Counted from the stretch's first letter, positions 23,375 through 36,400 are shown. The stretch is 47,598 nucleotides of DNA from Octopus bimaculoides (GCF_001194135.2 NC_068981.1:9382516-9430113); one strand, 5' to 3'. A program made the numbers and translations. The notes: generated by a model not told the origin, from the sequence alone.

Positions 23375-24489
23375 TAGAGCCATTTTTAATTAGCCATTAA
23401 AATTTTATTAAAATAATGTCATCTTTCAAAATCTCAGGATTTATTTAGTTCTATACCTACTACAAATATGCCAAAACTGAAGTCCCCCATGGCTTGTGCT
23501 TCTTGATTTAATTAGGTCTGAAAACACTGTGGAGTTGACAGCTTGTGACATGTAACAAAATAGGCCTTAGAGGTATAGATATATATATAAAATTGCTCCC
23601 ACCCAAGATTTCTTTCCAAGAACCTGAACAAAAAAAAAAAAATAACCAATTGGTATACCGTGGTCACTAAGTAATTTGAAAATGATACGACACCACAAAT
23701 GTGGCTAATTATTAATTTAGGCCAATTAGACAAGATTACAACAAGTTTGTTGATCATTCAAATTGTCATATTTCCAAAAATATTCATCCAAATATCACAA
23801 ATGAAATATGAAAATGTTTCTTTTTGGATGCTCTCTATGAAAAAGTACAGCAGAAATCACATTGAAATATTCTCCAAGATTCATAGAGATAACTAATTAT
23901 ACAGTGAAATGCTGATACAATATAAACTTCTAATGCTTCAAGTAGCTGATAAGGAGATAACCTGTTCAAATGGCATTCAATAGATGGTAGTTGTATGATG
24001 ATCAGTTGCTCTCTGCAACCTAAGATGAAACATTTACATTTGTCAAGTAGCTGACCTTAACCACAATACATGTTTTGCAAAAACAAACAAAAAAAAAAAC
24101 AAAAAAAAAATAACAAGCATTGTGGTTAAAGGTTCTTAAACAATAGGTACTTTACACGAGTGTTGCTTTTGTCCAGCAAACTGGTAATGCAAGCTGCTGC
24201 CATATTCTCAGATGGCCAACCACAACCTGATAATTTCTTACTTCAATTATTGCCAAGTTAAAATTATAAAATACTGAAGTTGTAGAATGTTGAACCTTAG
24301 AGTAGCTAATTATTCTAGTTTATATTCAGATCCGACAGAAGTTAAACTCGCCTTTGATTCAAGGTTAATTAAATAGGTTGCAGTAATACATTGGATGTCA
24401 TTTTAATTAACACACCTTTCAAAAACAAACGTGCTATCTTGCACCAATGTGAGATTTCATTATTAGAAAATATGCAAATAAATACTTAC

Positions 24490-24598
24490 ATAGTTGTGGC
24501 ATAAAGGCTTATCAGTGGGGAGATGTTGGCTGATAAATTCAACAGAAAGTTCCTCAGCTGCCAGCATTGAGAGATCAACATCCCAGGGAATAAATTTC
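24490..24598 (-). CDS. Raf: Raf RBD C-terminal exon (equivalent to BRAF exon 5): (R)KFIPWDVDLSMLAAEELSVEFISQHLPTDKPLCHNY
   Basis: tttcttcag acceptor and TAT|gtaagt donor; 109 bp, phase 2 to 0; WD.D.S.L..EEL motif and first C1 His. Confidence 0.95.
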
Positions 24599-24774
24599 CT
24601 GAAGAAAAACAGATTATCATAAGTCTCGAAAGCTGAATGAATATGAAAAATTAGGAGATGCATGATTTCTCTTTATCCCTTTTTGTCTTTCATCTTTTGG
24701 AGGTTAATGATAAAGTAGTGAGCTGTCAGACTGAATATCTTGCAGTATTTCTTCTGGTTTTCGGCAGCTGTGGC

Positions 24775-25330
24775 GATGATGATGATGATCATCATCATTT
24801 AACCTCTCTTTGTGGGTGGTATGGGTGGGATGGTTTGACAGGAGCTGGAAAAGTCAGGGCTGCACCAAGCTCTGCTTGCTTTGGCAAGGTTTCTATGGCT
24901 AGATGCCCTTCCTAATGCCAACCACTTTACAGAGTGAGCTGGTGGGTGCTTTTTACCTGACACCAAGTAGCTTGCAAAACAAGACTTTTCAACTGAAGAG
25001 GGGGGGGGGCAGTATTGAAGGAGGTGGCTTTGTGCCAAATGTTGAGAAGTTAAAGTATCAGCAGAGGGACAGAAATAGGTGTCTTGCAGTAGAGGGGTTA
25101 TATTTCTACCTCCATAGGTGAGGGAGGGAGAGAGAGAGAGTGGTGGTAGTGGTGGGGGGTAAGATAGATAACATAGTAAAGATGTGATGGGGTGTACAGC
25201 CATGTTGAAGGGAGATGGATCAGGGATTGGATGGGTAAGTACACAAGATTGTGAAAGGAGAGTGGGAGAAGGAGGGGAGGCGTGTCAGGAAGACATGTTG
25301 TGAGGAAAAGATTGGACAGAGAGGTGTCTT
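24775..25330 (-). mobile_element. Long SINE-family copy with purine-rich companion
   Basis: (CAT)n...gggtgggatggtttgacagg...agatgcccttcctaatgcc...cagagggacagaaataggtg. Confidence 0.8.
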
Positions 25331-25449
25331 TCAATCCTCTTTCCTGCCCTCAACCCCAATCCGCACTCCTTACTTGCACCTTCCTGGCAACACTTGATTG
25401 CATATATTACAACCTTTGTACCTTTCTTTCCTTTACGCATCTATGCTTT

Positions 25450-26008
25450 GATCCTTGTTACTTGTGAGTATACCCTGGCACTTCACCATCCCTCTCCTGC
25501 TCTCTCTCACACCCTTGCTGTTTCCTACTCTCTCTCTTCCCTCTGGTTGGGTAGCCACATATCTCTTCTACAGCCGCACACCTATTTCTGTCTACTCTCT
25601 CTCTCTTTTTCATCCTCTGACACAAGTTCCCCTCCTCAAATGCCCCCCTGCCCCTCTCAAAATTCCTTGTCTTGTGAGTTACGTAGTGACCCTGCCAGTG
25701 CTGGTGCCATGTAAAAAGCATCCAGTCCACACTGTAAAGTGGTTGGCATCTGGAAGGGCATCCAGCAGCTGTAAAAATCATGCTAAAAACTGTCCTCGCC
25801 TGTGCTAGTGCCACATATAAATCACTGAGTCCACTCTGCAGAGTGGTTAGTGTTAGGAAGGGCATCCAGTTGTAAAAACCCTGCCAAAACAGACAGAGTA
25901 GCATGGGGTAGTTTTTCTACCTGGCCCGCTCCTGTGAATTGTCCTACCCATGCATGCATGGAAGATGGACATCAAACGATGATGATGATGATGATGATGA
26001 TGATGATA
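25450..26008 (+). mobile_element. Same SINE family in opposite orientation, with an internal ~100-bp tandem duplication and (GAT)n tail
   Basis: cacctatttctgtc...ggaagggcatccag (twice, near 25751 and 25856)...catggaagatggacatcaaac(gat)n. Confidence 0.8.
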
Positions 26009-26429
26009 CTCTGTGCAGGAAGGTTCATGAGGAAGAGTAGGAGACAGAGGGAGGGGAATACAGTGAGTGGTGAACACAGATGGCAAGAAGGGGGAGAAGT
26101 TAGGAAGATGGGCTGTGGGTGGGGGGAGAAGTTTGACAGGACAAATTGTGTGTGTGTGTGTGTGTGGGGGGGCATGGATATAAAGGACATGTCTTCATGG
26201 CATCGATTTTACTTAGCTGGGTGGGTCTTCCTAATCAGAACAACTCACCAATTGTCTGACTCCTTTACTATCTCCTCTCTGTGAAGCCCAACATCTATTT
26301 TCCATCATTTCATCCCATCCCATCTTCCTCTTCCACATTTAGTGATCAGCACTTCTTTATGCAGTTGTCATCATTCATACACATCACATGATGATGATGA
26401 TGACACATCACATGACCATAATAGTGCAG

Positions 26430-27830
26430 TTTTCTCTCTTGCCTCTTCTACCCAATTTCTCTCTCAAAACATTTACACTTTGTCATACAGGCACACTGAC
26501 ATTGCACATCCAGTGGAGCAGACTGGCTTTATTTTCTTCAAGCCTTCACATGTCCTCTGCATTCAAAGCTCATGTTTCACATGTAGCATAGCTGTTTATG
26601 TACAGGCATCATACAATCTGCTTTTCACTCTTATTAAGACTTTGGTTTTAGCTAAATTGGCTCTAAGGCCCTTTGATTCTAGACCTTGCTTCCATACCTG
26701 AAACTTCTTCTCTAGTTCTGCTAGTGACTCTGCTATTAAAGCAAGGTCATCAGCATAGAGGAGCTCCCAGGGACATCCTGTCTTGAATTCCTGTTATTGC
26801 CTGGAGGACTACAATGAATAAGAGGGGGCTGGAATTTCTACACCTCTTCTATATCAAGCAGGGATATTTCCCTGAAGAGATTAATAATTTGTCTGCTTTC
26901 CTACTTACTAGTACTTTGGTCTTTGCCAAATTAACTCTAAGGCCCTTTAATTCCAGGCTTTGCTTTTACACCTGAAAGTTCTCTAATTCCACAGGAGATT
27001 CAGCTACAAGAACAAGATCATTACCAAAGAAGAGCTCTTGTATGCAAACAGTCTTCAACTCATCTGTTATGGCCGAGAGGATTATGATAAGATGTGGCTG
27101 ATAACTGAGTCCTGATGGACTCCTATCTCTATACTAAATTTGTTGCTCTACTCATTGCTGACTTTCACCCTACTGACAGCATCCTTGTACATGGCTTGAG
27201 CAGCTCTCACCAACCATTCATCTACACCTTGCTTCCATAACAACCACCAGATGAGAGACAGTGAGGGGCCTTGTCAAAAGCTTCCTTCTTTCATGTCAAC
27301 AAATGCTAAGTATAGCAATGTATTTTTAGCTGAATGCTTCTCCTGCAGGTGCCTTGCTAGGAATATAGCATCAACAGTGTTTCTCCTTGGTACAAAACCA
27401 AACTACATTTCATCAAGTTTTTCTTAATTAGTTGTGCTCTGATATTTTCTCTAATTTTCTTGACATGGTTCAACAATTTGACATCTCTGTAATTACTTCT
27501 GTTAAAGGCATCTTCCTTCCCTTTGTAGCAGCTGACTATAACGCTGCTACACTAGTGGTTAGGTATGATACCTTCCTGGACAACCTGATTGACTACACAG
27601 GTGCCTAGGTCATATCCCACTCCACCAAATATCCTGTCAGGCTAGGAGCTTCCCCTTTCTTCATATCCTTAATTACTATATTTATTATGCTGCTTTCAAC
27701 ATGGATAGCTGATCCCTCAGTTGGTCCACAATGAGGAGATCCTCCTCCTCCCCCTCCTCTCATACCTTCTCCACATTTAGCAGCCTTTCATAGTTGTACT
27801 TCCATGCTTCTTTCTATGTAGAATCACTGA
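26430..27830 (-). mobile_element. RTE LINE RT remnants (two juxtaposed copies)
   Basis: Minus-strand AITDEFKTVCIQELFFGNDLVLVAES..KGLRVNLAKTKV and a second ELLYADDLAL..KGLRANLAKTKV. Confidence 0.85.
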
Positions 27831-27947
27831 TTAATATATAGTTTAACTCCCGGTCACCCAAAAAAAGTGTGGGGGGGGGGACCTAATAGGTGTAAAAAAA
27901 ATGTGTAGAAAATGACTATGAAAACAAAAATGTACACAAACGAACGG

Positions 27948-27957
27948 NNNNNNNNNN
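27948..27957. other. Assembly gap
   Basis: Run of N. Confidence 1.
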
Positions 27958-28343
27958 GGGGGGGGGGGACTTTAAGAAATTCACAAGATCCGATTTTTCC
28001 CTCATAGCTTTCAGGAAAATGGATGTCTTTTAATGAAATTTTACAGAAACACCTTTCAAACAACATAGATTATGATTATAAAGAAATTTATGAAAAAATG
28101 TTTTTTGAGGAGGAGGGGGAAGAGGACTGTTGGAAAATTCACACTATCTGTTTTCTAATGATGATGATTATATCAATTATACCTCTACCTTGTGTTTATG
28201 TTAGAAATTATCATTACTATTGTAAATTTTGGAATATTTGCAAAGTAACAATCATATTGCATTATATTGTGACAAGATATGTAAATATATATCATATAAC
28301 TTTAAGGTGTAGAATGTTTTCTTAAAAAAAAAAAAAATCTAAC

Positions 28344-28453
28344 CTGGGCCATGGCTTTTGTATAAATACCAGACATCTGTCAGGTTCAAAGTCACGCAAC
28401 TTCATAGCTTTAGCAAGACTTCCTTTCAAGGTTACTCCTGGTTTTACATGAAC
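28344..28453 (-). CDS. Raf: Raf RBD exon (equivalent to BRAF exon 4): VHVKPGVTLKGSLAKAMKLRDFEPDRCLVFIQKPWP(R)
   Basis: tgttatag acceptor and CAG|gttaga donor; 110 bp, phase 0 to 2; KAMKLR matches CRAF KALKVR (R89). Confidence 0.95.
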
Positions 28454-29199
28454 CTATAACAAATGTTGAAGAAAAAAAAAAATCAATAGGTCAGATGAGT
28501 AATCATTCAACAAAATGGTTACAACATGTGAAGGTTATTGTTGATAAAGCATTCGACACATTAGTTTAATAAATAAACATGTTCAACCTCAAAAACATTA
28601 TAATTAACTCGTGATCAAATTATCAATGATTATTACAAAGCTTATTACAACTAAGATTATTCTGTTGTCCCCCACTCTTTGAAGTTTATTATTATCCAAG
28701 ACCTATTGGTAATATGGCCAAGTAAGTTATATTATCATTCAAAATTTATTGAATTAGAGAGAGATATGCAACTAATTCTATTTTCATTCGGATAACTTCA
28801 CTACCACTTGTGAAAAGATAAATGGACACAATACACTCTATAAAGTGACTGGCAAATGGAGACAATGAGAAGGTCCATAGTTTAGTCTTACTGAGGACAT
28901 AACCATGTTTCTAGCGCTGGTGTCACCATAAAATATATCAACTACAATCTATAAAGTGGTCGGTGTTTGGAAGAGCATCCAGCTACAGAAATCATGCCAA
29001 AATTTAAACATTGGTGAAATGTGGTCCCCTGATCCATCTAGGAAAACAATAATTCTGAATATGAAGTGACTTGGACTGCGATGACCTGTCCAACCCATGC
29101 TGGTATGGAAAGAACAGACGATAATGCTTTATTTTTTGTTCTAGTAGCAGACTGATAAAAATTCATTAAAATACTAAAGCATAGTTTTGTATTATATCA

Positions 29200-29360
29200 T
29201 TAGCAGTAGTATAATTGATAGTGGTTGGTATTAGGAAGGGCATCCAGCCATAGAAACCATGCCAAAACAGACAACGGGAGCCTGGTGCAGCTCTCCGGCT
29301 TGTCAACTCTTGTCAAACTGTCCAACCCATGCCAGCATGGAAAACAGATGTTTGATGATG
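29200..29360 (+). mobile_element. SINE copy with (GAT)n tail
   Basis: aggaagggcatccagccatagaaaccatgccaaa...ccaacccatgccagcatggaaaac. Confidence 0.85.
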
Positions 29361-29649
29361 ATGATGAGATAATATCAGCAATATTTTCCAATCACTTTTA
29401 TAAACTATTTTATTGCTCAAGGGATTATTTAATCTGAGATAAAGGCAACCTTTCATTACTCTGAACATACAAACAATTCTTTGGATTAAATGTCTATAAT
29501 TCAAAGTTGTTGTAGCTAAGATTAAACTGTTTTGTATTATTAGCCTCAGTCACTTCAGAAGATCTACAAATGCATAGGACATTATGTTATATGCCACACA
29601 CACACACACACACACACACAAATACTGAACAATGAGAACGAGTGCTCAA

Positions 29650-30020
29650 CACTGCATTTGTGAATAAATACTCTTTATTTGTGGGTTGACAAAGCAACCA
29701 ATGGTTTCATGTGAAGGATCTTCACAACTACTTAAGAATGCCACATGAAAGTGTTGGTACTCATCTCCATTTTGGAGGAGGATACATGAGGTTGTATGTA
29801 TGCATATATGATAGATCCTGTTACCTAGGTGACCAAGTGTATGCTCTGAAAGTGTAGCTGCTAGAATAAGAATAGATTGGGCAAAGTTCAGAGAGCTTCT
29901 ACCTCTGTTGGTGACAAAGGGCTTCTCCCTCAGAGTGAAAGGCAGATTGTATGAACCCTGTGTGCAAACAGCCATGCTACTTGGCAGTGAAACATGGGCT
30001 GTGATCACTGGGGACAAGCC
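29650..30020 (+). mobile_element. RTE LINE C-terminal fragment
   Basis: ARIRIDWAKFRELLPLLVTKGFSLRVKGRLYEPCVQTAMLLGSETWAV. Confidence 0.85.
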
Positions 30021-30469
30021 AGGAACTTTTCAGCACCCACTTGTGTGTGTGTGTGTGTGTGAGAATGCATGCATATACACACACAAACACATCATGCAAA
30101 CATTTGCAGTAACTTTTTTTCTACTAAAGTATGATAGCTGCAGCCATTTTATGCTAGGCTGAGATCTCTTATAAAGGAATATATTTTTTTGAAGTGACTC
30201 ATTTCAGCTTTATAATCTGCTTCATGTGTAGCAGATTGTGTTTTTGTATGACATCGTAGGTCCTTGACAAATCCTTTCTTAACAACTTTGGATAAGAACA
30301 TCACCATTAATTCAGGCTCAATCTGGGACTGTGTAAATCATTGAAACATAAATGTAAATGCAAGCCCTAACGATGAGGATAATAGCCTGGAAAATCAGAA
30401 CCTTAATGCTTAGAAAGTACGAAGAAATAGAGTCTCTCCATAAGAACAGCATTTCTAATGTAGTTGTTG

Positions 30470-30670
30470 TTAATCATCATTATTATCATCAACATTTAAT
30501 GTCTGTTTGGAATCGGCAAGGCCAGGGGCCACGGTGGATTTCATAGCCGGTTTTGGCTTGGTTTCAACAGCTGGATGCCCTTCCTAACGCCAATCACTTT
30601 ACAGAGTGTACTGGGTGCTTTCTATGCTTTTATGTGGCACCAGCATCCACACCAATGCTTTTTTATGTGG
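30470..30670 (-). mobile_element. SINE copy
   Basis: catcaacatttaatgtctg...ggtttcaacagctggatgcccttcctaacgcc. Confidence 0.75.
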
Positions 30671-31693
30671 TACTTTGGTTTTAGGATATCAATTCTGTTG
30701 TGGCTGGCAGGTCTTATTAATAATTACATTCTTTGGGAAAAGAAATAAAAAAGCAAAATAAAAAGAATTTAGAGATAAAACATCTGCAATCCAACTAATA
30801 GATGTATAAAAGTCATGGCATAAATATAAATCCATTTGCTTTTTAAACTTTTTTCTTTCATTTGCATCTGGTGCACAAATCAAGAAAATGAATTTGTATT
30901 TTAAAACTTGAACATTTTAAAAATTGTTTGTTAAATGGAGAATTGCTTAAAAGTATGGAGGTCTGAAAGATATTCCATTAGTGAAATCCTTGACAAACTA
31001 CACCCCAGACAAGTTTCATCTTTAGTTCATTACATGGACAAAGTTAATATTCTAGTGTCTCAGTTCACTCGTTCATTTTCATTTACAATGAAAAATTATT
31101 ATCTTGACAAAGCATTATATTAACATGTGATACTTTTCCACATATTACAAAGTGATCATAAGATATTTCATTTCTCTTTCTCTCCAACATAGAATTTATT
31201 CAAATCTATTGAACACTTTATAACCTCATCACGTACCATATTTTTGAAAGGTGACAGAATTAATGTAATATTAGCCACTCTATCTAATACACCTATTATC
31301 TACAGTTCATTTTGTATGTTTTATGACTAATACAGTAGTTGCTTGAATGTAGATTTCTTCCAACATATAACTCTTTCCCCAACTTCATTTCTTCCTTTAC
31401 AGTAAAATCCATTGTGAGATAATCTCGGAGCAGTATTAATTTGATTCAAATAAATTTGAAAAACATTTAGCACTTTTTAAAAGTTGCACTAATATATGAG
31501 ACAAATTGTTTTGTGAAAGAAAAGAATGAGAGAAACTAAATTAGCAATATGTGTTTTATATTATTAATCCCTCTTACATTTCATAAATGTAAAACCTTTA
31601 TCTCTTCAGCACATTGTGTGAAACTAACAGAACCTCCTTGAAGTAGCAGTGTATTATATCTTTATTATGAGACCAAAAAAAAAGTTGACTTAC

Positions 31694-31924
31694 CCGAGTG
31701 AATTGTGCATTAGGGAGTAATACCTTTATAGTAGATCTGACAGGAGATTTCAATGGGAGCTTTGGACTAGACGTGGAACTATTTGTAGGTGAAGGTAACT
31801 TTTCTTCTTCTTCTTCATCATCATCTTCATCTTCAGTTTCACTTGACGGAATAATCACTTTATCTAACAGCTGCTGCTCTTTTAATTGGAAATCATGAAT
31901 TTTGTTTGTAAGTTGTTCATATTC
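31694..31924 (-). CDS. Raf: Raf exon (equivalent to BRAF exon 3): EYEQLTNKIHDFQLKEQQLLDKVIIPSSETEDEDDDEEEEEKLPSPTNSSTSSPKLPLKSPVRSTIKVLLPNAQFTR
   Basis: ttcatgtag acceptor and CGG|gtaagt donor; 231 bp, phase 0 to 0; second BRS helix (EQQLL) and RBD beta1-beta2. Confidence 0.95.
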
Positions 31925-32109
31925 CTACATGAAAAAATTGAATTAATCTATTAAAATGAGCAAAACTGAAAAGGACAAGTCATGAAAATCAGAGGAAAAG
32001 TTACAGCACAACTGATTAGGAAAAACATTAGCTTAGATTAGCAGATGCACCCAACATTGCCCAGGAGGGGGAATATACAAACACAAATTTATACAAGTTT
32101 ATATATCAC

Positions 32110-32900
32110 AGCCATTTAATGTCCATTTCCATACTGGAATGGGCTGAATGGTTCCACAGGAGCTGGCAAGGCAGAGGACCAAGCTGTAATGTCTACTTTG
32201 GCATGGTTTCTATGGCATTACCCTTCCTAATACCAACCAGCTCACAGAGGGTACTTTTTACATAGCATTGGTACCAGTAAAGTCACCAGGTAACTAACAA
32301 GATAAGACCTCTAAACTGAGAGGGTAAAATGCTGAGGGAGGTGGCTTTATGTCAGGTAACAAGAGGTTAAAGTATGAACGGAGGACAGGAACAGATGTCT
32401 TGTAAGGGAGGAAGTACATGGTTACCTCAGTTGGAAAAGAGAAAGATAGTGGTGAAGAGGTGTCAGAGCATACCCTCAAGTTATAAGAAGATGAATATAA
32501 GTGGTATAGAGGATTAAGTAAAGTGAGTGGGTAGGTTCATGAAAGTAGCAGATGGTTAGAGATGGGGATGGAGAGGAGCAGAGTAAATGGTGAATATGGC
32601 TGAAGGCATGGCCAATTATAAATATCAGTTTAGCAGGGAAGGTGGAAGTACAGATAATTGAAGTGTGTGGAGTGGCAGGGACAAAGTCAAAGGTACATAG
32701 GGTTGAAAAAAAGAGGAAGATGAACAGAGGTAACAGTGGAGGAGCTATGGCAAATTAAGAGGGTTAGGGTGAGGGAAAAAAGAGAGGCGAACGGAGAATT
32801 CAATGAAAAGAATGAAGTGATATGGAAGGACACTGACAACACATGAGACAAAGGAAGTGCTTCAAGAGAGGGTGAGAAGGAGAGAGAAATAGGTGCAGTT
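32110..32900 (-). mobile_element. SINE copy with purine-rich companion
   Basis: tttaatgtccatttccatactgg...ggcatggtttctatgg...cttcctaatacc...ggacaggaacagatgtc. Confidence 0.7.
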
Positions 32901-32929
32901 CTGCTCTCACCAACATTTCACATCCACTC

Positions 32930-33290
32930 TTCTATGCTCACATGAGTCAGATTTTCAATGGCCGGATGCCATTCCTATTGTCAACCCTAACCCTGTTTCC
33001 AAGTAATATTTCCCTATGACCAGACATTTTTACAGGAGATTGAAATGTGGAATACTGCTTGTATGACAGTCATGCATGGCTACAACTATCACGCAAAGTC
33101 AAGGTAAGAGACAGTAACAATATACACGATAAGCTTCTTTCAGTTTCCATCTACCAAATCCACTTACAGGGCTTTGAAAGGCTCAAGGCAATAAAAGAAG
33201 ATACTTGCCCAAGGTATCACACAGTGGGACTGAAACAGAAACCATGTGGCTGGAATGCAAATTTCTTACCACACAACCATGAGTGCTATA
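32930..33290 (-). mobile_element. tRNA-derived SINE
   Basis: Minus-strand head catggttgtgtggtaagaa...gtttcagtccca...gggcaagtatcttc; related to 8790-9150. Confidence 0.75.
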
Positions 33291-33559
33291 TATATCACCT
33301 GACTACTGGATGTTGCTATACACATCATTGGTCACAATGCATTTCCAACTTTTTCTTGATGGAACTCTTCCTTTCCATCTTGGCACAAGCCATTTAACTA
33401 AATCATATTCCCATTATCATGGTAACCTCCAAGTGGTCCTTTCTGAGCTCTTGGGTACCACCTGACAACTCTTAAGAGTTCACCCACCTGTTTTTTTCTA
33501 ATGCATTTTGCAACAACTCTACTCCAATGGAATTAGTGTCAATGGTTCCAATATGACTC

Positions 33560-33770
33560 CAACCGGAATCACCACTAAAGATGCTTAAAATATCTGACAG
33601 CATACAACCTAGTCATCTATATAGTTATAATCAGGTGATACTAGAAGGTGTCATTCCCCCGATGACTGATGTAGCAGCATTATAATTAGCTGTTACAAGA
33701 ATAAAGGAGAGGCCTTAGAATTACTGGAGCAGGTCATGAAAATTCCAAAGAGAGTTATGGCCTAACCAGC
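33560..33770 (+). mobile_element. RTE RT fragment
   Basis: Degenerate match to the 45830-46020 RTE segment (aaaatatctg...aatcagg...ttactggagcaggtcatgaaa). Confidence 0.65.
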
Positions 33771-34444
33771 TTCGGGCAGCTTTTAAGCTAGCTCCTGTGG
33801 AGGGCTCTTTTTATTGGCTCTAGATCCCAATAATGACATTTCCTGCATAGAGTACATATTAAATTTTATTAAACTTGACTAATATTTTTTCAAGCAATGA
33901 ACAATTTTTGTCAAAACAATATAATATGTGGACTTGGACTTATTGCAAAGCTTCATAACATTTTTTGTCTTCCCATTCGGAAGGGGGGGGGAGGGGGTCA
34001 GTACAATTTTTTTTCTGCCTAACATTTCTCTCTCTCTCTCTCTCTGTTGATTGTCTGCAACCATCGCCACAAATACCATACACACACCATTCAGACTTCT
34101 CATGCCACCACCATCAACACCTTTGACTTCACTGCCTTCCCCTCCACCACCATCACCACTGTCTTTCACATCCCTTACTATCACTGTCATGCTTGACTGC
34201 CTCAGCTACCACCACCACCACCACCACCACCACCACCTCTGCCTCTATCACAACCACAGCTCATACTATTACTCTCACCCCATTACCATCTCCACTGTCA
34301 ATCTACTTCTGCCCTCACCTTCTCTATGCCTACTATTACTCTCACCCCAGCAAGAGGAGTAGAAGAAGTGTCATTGAATAGTGAGAGGGGGTGTCAAAGT
34401 GTGGCACACTGACACACATTATTATTATTATTATTATTATAGAT

Positions 34445-35720
34445 TAATGCGGAACAGAATTAGACTAGATGAAATGCAGTTTGGTTTTGTGCAATAATGA
34501 ATTCCAATGATGCCATCTTCCTAGTAAGACAACTTCAGAAGTAGCTAAATGTAAACCATTTTATTTGACATTCCTTGACCTGGAGAAAGCCTTTGAGACC
34601 CAGTGGTCTCTAAGGAAGCTAGGAGTAGACAAGTGGCTTGTGAAAGCTGTACAAGCCATGTAGTGGGGTGTTGCCAGTAAGGTGCAAGTCAACCATGAGT
34701 ACTACAAGTAGTTCACAAGGGACTGATACTCAACAAAGTCGTCCTACAAGCAATAACAGAGGAATTTTAAGATTGGGTTGCCCTCGGGAACTACTATATG
34801 CTGATGACCTTGTTCTAATAGCAGGATCTGTAATGAAATGGGAAAAGAAATTCTATGAGAAGGCAAAACCTGGAATCAAAGAGCCTTAAAATCCATCTAG
34901 CAAAGGCCAAATATGTGGTTAGCAAGAAAATGGATAGGACTCTCTTCCTATCAGGTAGATGACCCTCTTTGATAAGTAGGAAAGGTGTAGGCAGGAATTC
35001 TATAGTGTGCTCAGTGCAAGCTTTGAATACACAAGAGATACAGTAGAGAAAATAATCTTTGTATGCAAATGAGCAATAAGCACTAAGGGCATACAGGAAG
35101 TAGATTTTCTCAAGTATTTAAGGGGTTTTCTAGAGGTAGTAGATAGTTTCTGTTACCTAGGTGATCTAATTAGCAGTGGAGGAGGATATTTTGAAAATAT
35201 AGTGAATAGAATACGAATGGGGGTGGGGTCAAAGTGCTATTACCTCAGTTGGCAACAAAAGGTCTCTCTCTCTCATTCTCTCAGAATGAAAGGCAGATCG
35301 TATGATGCTTGCATATCAACATTAATGCCACATAGTAGTGATATGTTAGCTCTGAATGCAGAGGACATGTGAAGACTAGAGAGGAATGAAACTAGTGTGT
35401 TCCTTTGAGAGAGCAACGTGAGTGTGGATATATAAAACAAAAGGCAAATGGGTTGAGAGAAATATCAAGCGCAAGTGGAATCAGATGTAGCATCTAAGAG
35501 AGAAGACTGAGACAGTTTGGTTGTGTGATGTGTCTGAATGAGGACAAGTGTATATAAAGAAGTGGCCATCCCTTCAAGTGGACGGAACTTGTGGAAGAAG
35601 GTGATGCAGAAAGACATGGACTGAAGCAGTGAAGGCTGATTTCAAGATATTGAGCCTCATAGTGATTCAAGAAGACCCATCCATTGCACCCAAGCAGTTC
35701 CCCTACATCACATATTCCTA
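34445..35720 (+). mobile_element. RTE LINE RT-to-3' remnant
   Basis: DEMQFGF, DAIFLVRQLQ, FLDLEKAF, RELLYADDLVL, FCYLGDLISSGGG, RRRLRQFG, KTWTEAVK. Confidence 0.88.
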
Positions 35721-35829
35721 ACACTCAAACCTCCATTATTTTTCTAATTATGGCACGACTCAACTGCTGTAATCATGAGAGCAGAAACGGCACATAGTTA
35801 ATCCCTTTTTGCACTACCATACTACTTTC

Positions 35830-36400
35830 CACTGATTATCCCCCTTTTCTGTGCCTTCAGTTATTTCTTTTTCTTCTGAGGTATCCTATAACCTCATCTT
35901 TAACACTTCTTTCTGCTCTCATGTCTCCACCATCTTTGTTGCTCTATTTACTACAGCCATTCTCAGATGCCGCTTACCTCCATCTCTTCCCTCTCCACTC
36001 TCACTTCCTCTACATCTCCCTACTCTCTCATCTACCCTCAAATTTATAATACTGCTACTCTCTACACCTCCTCACTCCATACTGTACACCTTCACTCTTG
36101 TTCATCACTCATTCATCTTTAACCCCGTCTCTAACCATGTCAATCTCTTATGAAATTACCTACCCTTTCCTACCCCATTTGACCCACTGTTTATACTCTC
36201 CTTCTTATACTTTGACAGTATGCTCTGGCACCTTGTCACCAACATTTTTGTCTTCTTTCCAGCTACCCTCACATAGTGTAGGAAAGCCATATATATCTCT
36301 TCTATAGCAAAACGTGTTTGACACCTCTATCATACCTTAGACTTCAACACCTGACACAAAGCCACTTCCCTCTCTCTCAAATACACTCCCAAGGATGTTT
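35830..36400 (-). repeat. Purine-rich dispersed repeat, inverted copy of 3860-4370
   Basis: Reverse-complement similarity (aaataactgaaggcac; tatagaagag). Confidence 0.6.

Noticed and set aside
23770-23840. Minus-strand IQKETFSYFICD, faintly like RKTF..AFCD
   Set aside because: No suitable splice sites, no second Cys pair, and it hits a stop; likely chance.
27843-28060. TTAA followed by CTCCCGG, a possible piggyBac-like MITE
   Set aside because: Interrupted by a gap and no matching right TIR or TTAA found.
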